Position numbers and translations under genes: made by a program. Shown piece by piece: positions 17,850-25,351 of a stretch of DNA of 25,351 nucleotides; positions within the stretch are counted from its first letter, which is position 1; every line of letters begins with the position of its first letter. Source of the DNA: Candidatus Cloacimonadota bacterium (GTDB lineage Bacteria; Cloacimonadota; Cloacimonadia; Cloacimonadales; Cloacimonadaceae); contig JAQUHL010000001.1 in the NCBI GenBank assembly GCA_028683635.1, forward strand, positions 1 through 25,351. The letters run 5' to 3'. The notes beneath the pieces are model-generated. The model searched no databases. It had not been told where the DNA came from and worked only from the letters and a program-made list of their open reading frames with translations.

Positions 17850-18949
17850 AAAAGAAGAAAATCCAGTTTGTTCTGATACTTTCTGTAATTGTGATGGCGA
17901 TTTCCGTGGCCGTTTCCTACTTTATTGAAGCTCACACCGTTGTGCTTCCAGCTGTAATACATACAGATAAGGTAGTCCTCAGTTCCGAGGTGGACGGCCT
18001 GCTCAAGAGATATTATGTATCTTCGATGCAAAGCGTCAAAGCCGGAGATCTGATCGCAGAGATCGATAACAACAAACTGCCCGGAATCCTGGAAAACTTA
18101 AAGAAAGAAAAAAGCAAATATGAAGAGCTGATTACCTCAGCAAAAACCGGGGATTTACTCACCAACCAACTTCATGAATTGGACGCAGATCTCCTCGAAT
18201 ATCGGATCAATATGGAGGAATCCAAATCTGATCTGCACAGAATAAATGCTCAGCTAAAGGATTTGGAAGGCAGGCACTCCACTGTTCTAAAGAGATTCGA
18301 GGCCAGCAAACGCATGTATGACAGCGGATTGATGAACAACTCGGACTTCGAAAAGGCCTCAAAAGAATATTGGGATTACAAGGAGAAATACAGTGAACTC
18401 CAGGCTGATTCGCTGATCGCCCGGGAAGTGATTTCGTCCAGCCAAAACCTGATCAATCTGATCAATTCCCGAAAACAGATCCTCACCAAGAGCACAGACG
18501 TTCTGGCTTCCAAACACGTGGTGGATATAAACAAGGTGGAGGCTGAAATCTCCGAACTACAGGCTGAGGTGCAGAGGCTACAGATCTTTGCCCCGATCTC
18601 CGGAATAGTGACAGATATAAACTACAACACCGGTGAACGGGTGGATAAAGGCGATGTCGTTGCCGAACTTGCAGATCTGAGCAATGTCTGGGTAGTAGCT
18701 TACGGCTCCTCGGAAAACCGGCACAGGATAACCATTGGAAACAAGGTACTGATCCAGACCGGCAGCAGAAAAAAAATATGGGGCGAGGTATCAGCAATCT
18801 CACCCATTATGGAAAAGATCCAATCCCTCAGCAGCACATTTGAGACAGTTAACACCTACAATAAAATCGAGATCCAACTGGAGGACCAGCAGGAAGCCCT
18901 GAAATATATCACTCCGGGAGAAAGGCTCTTTGTAAGGATTTTCTTCTGA
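17846..18949 (+). CDS. HlyD/EmrA-type periplasmic adaptor (membrane fusion protein)
   Basis: N-terminal TM anchor. Split lipoyl halves (SSEVDGLL..VKAGDLIAEID and IFAPISGIV..GERVDKGDVVAEL) flank a ~170-aa coiled coil, followed by a beta-barrel ending PGERLFVRIF. ATGA overlap with the TolC-like gene. Confidence 0.88.
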   Translation: MKKKKIQFVLILSVIVMAISVAVSYFIEAHTVVLPAVIHTDKVVLSSEVDGLLKRYYVSSMQSVKAGDLIAEIDNNKLPGILENLKKEKSKYEELITSAKTGDLLTNQLHELDADLLEYRINMEESKSDLHRINAQLKDLEGRHSTVLKRFEASKRMYDSGLMNNSDFEKASKEYWDYKEKYSELQADSLIAREVISSSQNLINLINSRKQILTKSTDVLASKHVVDINKVEAEISELQAEVQRLQIFAPISGIVTDINYNTGERVDKGDVVAELADLSNVWVVAYGSSENRHRITIGNKVLIQTGSRKKIWGEVSAISPIMEKIQSLSSTFETVNTYNKIEIQLEDQQEALKYITPGERLFVRIFF

Positions 18950-19085
18950 AAGACCGTTGCACATCCTGATTTATCGAAATACAGACTTCCAAATATGCTG
19001 GTTGTGAGGCTTTTTTGAATCTATTCCCGCCCACCACCCTAAAAGGAGTAGGGCTTCGCCCTACAACCCATTATTCAGTGGTCTT
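18950..19085 (+). mobile_element. 136-bp MITE, IS5-like ends, 5-bp target duplication
   Basis: Ends are AAGACCGTTGCA and TTCAGTGGTCTT, flanked by TCTGA at 18945-49 and 19086-90. Internal hairpin GTAGGGC-TTC-GCCCTAC. No ORF. Confidence 0.88.
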
Positions 19086-19090
19086 TCTGA

Positions 19091-20581
19091 TCAGAATTGA
19101 AAATAGATAAAGGGCTGGATATCTGAAGCTCGTGCCTGGAACAAAATCCAGATTACCAGGGCAAGCAGAGTGGCTTGCAGGGGAAGCGGTATCTTTTTCA
19201 GTACAGATTCAAAGCCCAGGCTGAACCTGGCTGGCAACCAATGGAAGATAAATCCCAGGAGGATCAGGATCCCCACATTGCGGTACCCTTCTATCCATTG
19301 CCAGAAGAGCGGTGCCTTGAAATGGTTGAAAATCCGATCCAGGATCTGCCAGGAATTGGCAAAACTGCGGGAACGGAAGAAGATCCAGCAAAAGCTTACA
19401 AAGTGGAAAGTAACAATCGTTCCCAGCACTTTCATTACTTTGCTTTGGGATATTTTGAAGGAAAGCCAGATTTTATCGAATGCCAGACCAATCCCATGCA
19501 TAGTTCCCCAAAACACAAAGTTCCAGGATGCACCATGCCAAAGCCCGCCCAACACCATTGTCAGCATCAGGTTCAGATATTGCCTGGCCTTGCCACGACG
19601 GTTACCACCCAGCGGGATATAGAGATAATCCCTCAGCCAGGTGGATAGCGAGATATGCCATCTCCTCCAGAAATCCGTGATGCTGCTGGCAACATAGGGA
19701 GCATTGAAGTTTTGGGGCAATTCAAAACCCATCATCAAGGCCAAACCAATGGCTATATCCGAGTATCCACTGAAATCGCAATAGATCTGAAGCCCATATC
19801 CATAGACAGCAAGCAGATTTTCCACCCCTGAAAAAAGCGCAGGAGCATCAAAGACCCGATCCACAAAATTCACACTGATATAATCCGCTATCACTCCTTT
19901 TTTGAGCAATCCGGCAAAGATCAGGGTCAAAGCCCGGGCCATTACATCCTTGTTCAGTGAAAGCCGGGCATGGATCTGGGGAATGAACCAAGTGGCACGA
20001 ACGATCGGGCCTGCCACGAGCTGCGGGAAAAACGATACGAAAAAGGTGAAATCGAAGAAACTCTTCAGGGGTTTGAGCTTACCGAAATAGATATCGAGGG
20101 TATAGCTCATGGTCTGGAAGGTAAAAAAGGAGATCCCCACCGGGAGGAAGATATCCACCAGCGGAAGTTGACCTCCACTGAGCTGGTTGATGGTATTGAT
20201 CACGAAATTTGTATATTTATAATATCCCAGGGATCCCAGATTCCAGATGATACTGAGCAGCAGCAGTCCCCTTTTGCGAAAAAGCTTTTGGCGCAAAGTG
20301 GCATATTCATCCGTAGCTACCCTGTGGATCCAAGCCCCGATTCCGAAATTTACAAAAGAGGTAAGAATCAGCAACAGCACAAAAACCCCGCTGGTTTTGT
20401 AATAGAAATATAGCGAGAAGAGCATCAGATACCAGGTGCGGACCTTGATCCGGCTCACGATCAGCGGGTAAAAAAACATGATTGCAAGGAAGAAGAAGAG
20501 GAAGAAGACGCTGTTGAAAAGCAAAGGTGATTGCGGATTATAGACCAGGTTTTGCAGGATGTGATCGAGGATGGCTTTCAT
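19091..20581 (-). CDS. MBOAT O-acyltransferase (AlgI/PatA-like)
   Basis: LPVGISFFTFQTMSY, SFFPQLVAGPIVR, YCDFSGYSDIA, FWRRWHISLSTWLRDYLYIPLGGNR, GLWHGASWNF (catalytic His). Confidence 0.93.
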   Translation of the reverse strand: MKAILDHILQNLVYNPQSPLLFNSVFFLFFFLAIMFFYPLIVSRIKVRTWYLMLFSLYFYYKTSGVFVLLLILTSFVNFGIGAWIHRVATDEYATLRQKLFRKRGLLLLSIIWNLGSLGYYKYTNFVINTINQLSGGQLPLVDIFLPVGISFFTFQTMSYTLDIYFGKLKPLKSFFDFTFFVSFFPQLVAGPIVRATWFIPQIHARLSLNKDVMARALTLIFAGLLKKGVIADYISVNFVDRVFDAPALFSGVENLLAVYGYGLQIYCDFSGYSDIAIGLALMMGFELPQNFNAPYVASSITDFWRRWHISLSTWLRDYLYIPLGGNRRGKARQYLNLMLTMVLGGLWHGASWNFVFWGTMHGIGLAFDKIWLSFKISQSKVMKVLGTIVTFHFVSFCWIFFRSRSFANSWQILDRIFNHFKAPLFWQWIEGYRNVGILILLGFIFHWLPARFSLGFESVLKKIPLPLQATLLALVIWILFQARASDIQPFIYFQF

Positions 20582-21894
20582 TATCTTTTCCCCTGGCGTT
20601 GAGCATGAGCGCTATAACCTTTGAGCAGGGCAGAATAGAAAAGCTGCCCCTGCAGCATATATCCCTTGGGTGTGAAATGGATGTTATCCCCGGCAGCCAA
20701 AGCATTTGCCCGCCACTTGCTCACAGATAATACTCCCCCCATCACTTCGCCAAGATCCCACCATGCAGCATTGTTATCCACGGCATATTCGCTGAGCTGT
20801 TTCTCCACTTTTCCCAGGTCGGCATTGTGGATCCCCCCCTTGTGGGAATCGGGAGGCAGGGTATAGATCACCGGGGTGGATTTTGCCGCCTTTTTGAGTC
20901 TTGTGCCAAAGCGCTTGAGGTTGCGCTCGAAATGATCTCCATTGTATCTTCCCTGGGCATCATTGGTCCCCAGAGAGACCACAATCAGATCGGGCTTGAG
21001 GATGGGTATCTGGGCAAAGAAATCATCCATGTTACCATATTTTTCAAAGGTAGCGCCATTGAAGCCCACAGAATGGTAGAGCAGACCCCGGACGTTGTTT
21101 TCCAGCACAATTCCATAGAGATTGGCAATATCCTGGGAATTGGCAGAATTGTATTGGAGCGTGATTTCCCGGGTGGGAGTATTCCATAGCAACTGGTAAA
21201 TTGCCTGTTTCCCAAAGGCTGCGATCTCGATATTGGGTGTCTCGGAATTGCCGGAAAGCGTCCAATCATAGGAATTTTCCTTTTCCTTGGTGATCAGGGT
21301 GATCTTGTTGAAGCTATTATCCAAACCAAAGAAGTTATTGGTCTTGATAGTAAGGTTTCCGCTTTGTTTGGTCCAGAGTCCATAGCCACAGATGCCCTTT
21401 TCGGCATTTGTCCGGTTCCAGTAGCTATTGGAACTGATCCGGATATCGTCCGGCTGGTTGGTTCCGGCAAGTTTCCAGGGGAAGACCAGCCCTCGTCCGG
21501 CATTGCCAAAATACTTCTGCAGCGAGCTCCGGGCTGCTCCGGGGAGGTAACCGGATTGAATATGCGAATCACCAATATGCAAAATGCTCACCCGGGAACG
21601 GAGTCCATAACGCAGTTCGATCAATTTCTGGTAAAAGGGAGCCAGGCTCTTAGCGTCGTTTTGAATGAGATTTTTATCATGATTCAGGAAGGGATAGTTT
21701 TGGGCAAGATCCTGTTTTTCAAAGAGCTTATAATAGCTTTGGATAAATTCTTCCAGGGCATCCAGATCCGAGGGATAAACCTCCTCGGCAGTGCCATCAT
21801 CCATTGCCTGGCTCACGCTAACCAAAGTGAAGGTGAAGAGCACCAGCACCAGGATTATCAGAGGGCATTTTCCTTTCAGAATCCTATCCTTCAC
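20581..21894 (-). CDS. Periplasmic SGNH/GDSL hydrolase (Ape1/PatB-like O-acetyl esterase or transferase)
   Basis: Signal peptide. Blocks LHIGDSHIQ, VGFNGA, SLGTNDA, GDNIHF. One-base overlap with the MBOAT start. Confidence 0.85.
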   Translation of the reverse strand: MKDRILKGKCPLIILVLVLFTFTLVSVSQAMDDGTAEEVYPSDLDALEEFIQSYYKLFEKQDLAQNYPFLNHDKNLIQNDAKSLAPFYQKLIELRYGLRSRVSILHIGDSHIQSGYLPGAARSSLQKYFGNAGRGLVFPWKLAGTNQPDDIRISSNSYWNRTNAEKGICGYGLWTKQSGNLTIKTNNFFGLDNSFNKITLITKEKENSYDWTLSGNSETPNIEIAAFGKQAIYQLLWNTPTREITLQYNSANSQDIANLYGIVLENNVRGLLYHSVGFNGATFEKYGNMDDFFAQIPILKPDLIVVSLGTNDAQGRYNGDHFERNLKRFGTRLKKAAKSTPVIYTLPPDSHKGGIHNADLGKVEKQLSEYAVDNNAAWWDLGEVMGGVLSVSKWRANALAAGDNIHFTPKGYMLQGQLFYSALLKGYSAHAQRQGKR

Positions 21895-23294
21895 TGCTTG
21901 TCCATCAGGTTTTTATAGAGCATATCCGCAATGTGGTTGGCACCGGTGCGGTTGAAATGGGTGTGGTCTTTCTGTGCCAGCGGAGGGTTCCGGTGCACAT
22001 AATCCACCATCGAGTTATAGCCTCCCATCGCCGAAAAGAGATTCCAGAAGGCACAATCGTTTTCGATGGCAATTTCCCCCTGGCTATTGACGAGGATGGG
22101 GATATCCGGCGAAGTGCGGTAACTGCCTTCCAGCTTAATACTTCGATCGTGGGCGGAGATGAGCAGGATCGGTGTTTCCCCCAAAGCTTTTTGGATGTGC
22201 TGAACGGATTGGCTCATGCCCTTTTTATAGTAACTATAGTCTTTCACCTTCGAATTTGATACATTTACGCCATAGTGCAGGATCACGAGGTCATAATCCA
22301 AAAACTTATGAAAATCCCTTAAGCTTTGCTCCCAGATCCGGTTGAAATACATCCCGGAAAAACCCCGGATCGTGTAACTATCCACGTATGCTCCGTTACT
22401 TTGATCCAGCGATACGCCATAGACGTGGATGGGATCCTGGGCATTGAATTCCAGATAGACGTTTTTTACCTGGGCTCCGGAGCTAAGATCCAGCATCTGC
22501 ACTCCCTTGCCCCTCTGCAAGTGATGTTTCTGGCTGGGATTGCCATCCAGAGAGCAGAGAACATAGGATGAATCGCTGGCATTGCTATAGAAGAGCCTGA
22601 TCCTGTCAAACCAGGCAGCGCCTCCCTCAGTATCGACAGCCCGGTATCTTACCCAGGGTGGAGAAGATACATAATTACGCTGAATTTCCGGCTTGGGTTG
22701 CTCTTCAACGGCTGTGCTGTCTGTGACGGCAAGGGTATCGATTTCGGTCTCGATGGCTTTTTCGATGAGATAGTAGCTTCTGGGAATAAAGGTGAACCCG
22801 CTGATCCCCAGGGAGATATCCTGCCTTCTGTTGCTCATGAAAGAGATGGCTTCCCAATTTTTGGCAAAGGTATGGTTTATGGTGGGACGGAAGCCTGCTG
22901 AGATGGAGGTGATCGGCATAAAGCCCAGCCCGGTGCCGCCATACTTTTGCTGTAAGAGGTGCCTGAGCCTTCCGGTTATCAGGTCACCCTCGATGATGGA
23001 ATCTCCAAAATAGGCTATGCGGATGGAACCAGACTGGTTTTTCTCATATTTGGCAAGCTCATTTTGGAAGATTTCGAGGGGAGTAAGTACAGTCTCGATA
23101 TGCAGAGAATCAGCTTTTTGGGAAAGAACCTCATCAATGGAGGGTTTACCCAGCCTTTTCAGGCTATCGAACCAGTGCATTTTTTTGATGGGGAAAAAAC
23201 CTGAATCACTATCCGGAAGCAGCAAGGCTATCGCGCCTAAGATCAGGATAGTACACGCTATTAGGATGAATGGACGCCAGAACGCTCGGTTCAT
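21891..23294 (-). CDS. Membrane-anchored SGNH/GDSL protein (PatB/Ape1-like)
   Basis: N-terminal TM. Blocks YFGDSIIEG, IRGFSG, HYGVN, KDHTHF. ATGA overlap with the next gene. Confidence 0.83.
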   Translation of the reverse strand: MNRAFWRPFILIACTILILGAIALLLPDSDSGFFPIKKMHWFDSLKRLGKPSIDEVLSQKADSLHIETVLTPLEIFQNELAKYEKNQSGSIRIAYFGDSIIEGDLITGRLRHLLQQKYGGTGLGFMPITSISAGFRPTINHTFAKNWEAISFMSNRRQDISLGISGFTFIPRSYYLIEKAIETEIDTLAVTDSTAVEEQPKPEIQRNYVSSPPWVRYRAVDTEGGAAWFDRIRLFYSNASDSSYVLCSLDGNPSQKHHLQRGKGVQMLDLSSGAQVKNVYLEFNAQDPIHVYGVSLDQSNGAYVDSYTIRGFSGMYFNRIWEQSLRDFHKFLDYDLVILHYGVNVSNSKVKDYSYYKKGMSQSVQHIQKALGETPILLISAHDRSIKLEGSYRTSPDIPILVNSQGEIAIENDCAFWNLFSAMGGYNSMVDYVHRNPPLAQKDHTHFNRTGANHIADMLYKNLMDKQ

Positions 23295-23325
23295 TTGATT
23301 TCTTGTTCGCTCGCTTTATTTATAT

Positions 23326-25351
23326 TTAGTCTCCGAAGAGCTCATCGCTTTCCATGGGCAGCGGAGCATCCTGGATGGGGGAGTTTATTTCTGTATGTAT
23401 CATAGATTTGGGAGTATAAAGGCTTTCCACCTTGGGAGAATAGGCCACGATAAATCCGGCAAAAACAATGGAAACCATGCTCATCAGTTTGATGAGAATA
23501 TTGATGCAGGGTCCGGCAGTATCCTTGAAGGGATCACCCACCGTGTCCCCAACAACCGTGGCTTTGTGAACCAGTGAGCCCGAGCCTCCGTGAGTTCCGG
23601 TTTCCACATATTTCTTGGCATTGTCCCAGGCCCCTCCGGCATTGTTCATCATCACGGCCAGCACGAATCCGGTGGTCAGAGATCCGATCAAGAGTCCCAA
23701 CACACCTGCCACCCCGAAGATCAAACCCACCGCCACGGGAGTGATAATACCCATCAGGGCCGGCAAAACCATCTCTCTTTGAGCGCCCTGGGTGGAAATC
23801 TTCACACAGGTGGCATAATCGGGCCTGGCTGTGCCCTGCAGAATCCCGGGTATAGTGGTGAACTGACGCCGCACTTCTTTTACCATCTGCCCGGCAGCGC
23901 GCCCCACGGCTTTGATGGTCAGGGCAGAAAACACAAAAGTCACCATCGCTCCCACAAAGACACCCAACAGGAATTTGGGATTGAGCAGATGGATCTGGTA
24001 ATATTCAATGAAATTTGTCAAGGTGGCTTGAGTTGCGGAGATCGTCTCTGTGAAATGGTTATATTGGATGGTAAGATCTGTCCCCAGCGAGACCAGAGTT
24101 TCTCTCACCTTTTCCAGGTATGCGGCCAGCAGAGCCATCGCCGTGAGCGCAGCAGAGCCAATGGCAAAGCCCTTCCCGATCGCGGCAGTGGTATTCCCCA
24201 CGGCATCGAGATTATCTGTGCGTTCTCTTACTTCCTTGGGAAGGCGGGACATCTGTGCATTTCCCCCGGCGTTATCCGCAATGGGACCAAAAGCATCCAT
24301 TGCCAGCGTTACACCCAGGGTGGCAAGCATTCCCACAGCTCCAAATCCAATGCCATAGAGCCCCATCTCCACTATCTGGAATCCTCCGCTTACTGTGAAG
24401 GCGATCATAATTCCCAACACGATTACCAAAACCGGAGCCAGAGTGGAAAGCATCCCAACCGAAAGCCCTTCCAGAATCACTGTGGCGGATCCATATTCTC
24501 CCTGGCTGGCTATATTGCGGGTGGATTTGTAACTATGCGAAGTGTAGAATTCAGTAAACCATCCGATCAGGATTCCGGCCAGAAGACCTACCACAGTCGA
24601 TAGAAAGACACCCAGGTAAAACTCCCTGGGAAGCAGGAGCCGACAAATAAAGAAAGCACTGATGGCGATCAGGATCGAGCTGAAATGGACGCTTTTGTTC
24701 AGAGCCCGCATCAGATCATTCATCTGGGAATCCTCTTTGGTGGAAACCATGAAAATCCCGATAATCGAGATCAATGCACCCACTCCCGCCAGAATCATGG
24801 GTGCGGTAACAAAATTCATCATCCTGGCCCCAATCTGAGGTGCCTTGGCCATGATCTGCAGGCAAGCACTCATGCCCAGTGCTCCGGTCGCCAGGATCGA
24901 TCCGGCATAGGATTCATAGAGGTCTGCACCCATGCCAGCCACATCGCCCACGTTGTCTCCCACGTTATCCGCAATCGTTGCCGGGTTGCGGGGATCGTCC
25001 TCAGGAATATCGGCTTCGATCTTACCCACCAAATCTGCCCCAACATCTGCAGCTTTGGTATATATCCCTCCGCCCAGACGGGCAAATAAAGCCTGGGAGG
25101 AAGCTCCCATGCCAAAGCTAAGCATTACCACTGCAATCTTTTCCAGGGGATAGTCCGTAAAAGCATTCAACACAAAAAACCAATTTGAGATATCAAAAAG
25201 TGCGAGTCCCACCACAATCAGACCCATAACTCCCCCAGCCCTGAACGCCACCTTCAGGCCCTTGTTCAGGCTTTCCGAACAAGCCTGGGCAGTTCGGCTG
25301 GAAGCCATGGTCGCAGTATTCATCCCAATGAACCCTGCCAATCCGCTCAAG
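23326..25351 (-). CDS. hppA: Membrane-integral ion-translocating pyrophosphatase, K+-dependent type; 5'-truncated
   Basis: [109 protein letters not shown]. The frame runs off the right edge. Confidence 0.96.
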   Translation of the reverse strand, partial: LSGLAGFIGMNTATMASSRTAQACSESLNKGLKVAFRAGGVMGLIVVGLALFDISNWFFVLNAFTDYPLEKIAVVMLSFGMGASSQALFARLGGGIYTKAADVGADLVGKIEADIPEDDPRNPATIADNVGDNVGDVAGMGADLYESYAGSILATGALGMSACLQIMAKAPQIGARMMNFVTAPMILAGVGALISIIGIFMVSTKEDSQMNDLMRALNKSVHFSSILIAISAFFICRLLLPREFYLGVFLSTVVGLLAGILIGWFTEFYTSHSYKSTRNIASQGEYGSATVILEGLSVGMLSTLAPVLVIVLGIMIAFTVSGGFQIVEMGLYGIGFGAVGMLATLGVTLAMDAFGPIADNAGGNAQMSRLPKEVRERTDNLDAVGNTTAAIGKGFAIGSAALTAMALLAAYLEKVRETLVSLGTDLTIQYNHFTETISATQATLTNFIEYYQIHLLNPKFLLGVFVGAMVTFVFSALTIKAVGRAAGQMVKEVRRQFTTIPGILQGTARPDYATCVKISTQGAQREMVLPALMGIITPVAVGLIFGVAGVLGLLIGSLTTGFVLAVMMNNAGGAWDNAKKYVETGTHGGSGSLVHKATVVGDTVGDPFKDTAGPCINILIKLMSMVSIVFAGFIVAYSPKVESLYTPKSMIHTEINSPIQDAPLPMESDELFGD

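Noticed and set aside
2788-19085. All nine MITE left arms share the same orientation
   Set aside because: They represent only four independent loci (1-in-8 by chance), and copies within mosaics arose by local duplication.
18949-19091. VTC/export operon and O-acetylation operon as one pathway
   Set aside because: They are convergent on opposite strands and no shared substrate is evident. Adjacency alone is insufficient without conserved synteny.
23590-24603. 337-aa plus-strand ORF, and other long antisense ORFs (e.g. 730-1467, 8506-9270, 11101-11661, 21364-21918)
   Set aside because: They lie wholly opposite well-supported genes and have no recognisable motifs; they are shadow ORFs.

Overview
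This window looks like a chromosomal segment from a diderm bacterium, most likely Candidatus Cloacimonadota (inferred from the secreted proteins with FlgD-Ig/T9SS-like and 'FYRVIA' C-termini). It holds 12 credible genes: a 5'-truncated endonuclease-I/FN3 protein, an M6 metalloprotease, addB-addA, a four-gene VTC / DUF4956 / TolC-like / HlyD-like operon, and a convergent run of hppA (its 5' end lies beyond the right edge) / SGNH / SGNH / MBOAT. The leading candidate for an undescribed system is the VTC operon. It pairs a catalytically intact polyphosphate-polymerase domain and a 4-TM protein with a membrane-fusion protein and an outer-membrane channel, with no ABC/RND/MFS pump and no CotH kinase, which suggests coupled polymer (polyP?) synthesis and export. 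The non-coding DNA is also highly structured. A ~136-bp IS5-like MITE carries a GTAG hairpin and has a clean target duplication at one site. Two 1-2 kb mosaics of several palindromic repeat classes flank the protease gene. One mosaic contains a perfect 101-bp palindrome with 11-bp-phased TTAAT motifs, and an 'empty' 19-bp version of it lies 1.5 kb away. No tRNA, rRNA, CRISPR array or transposase was seen. All calls are by eye, with no database searches.
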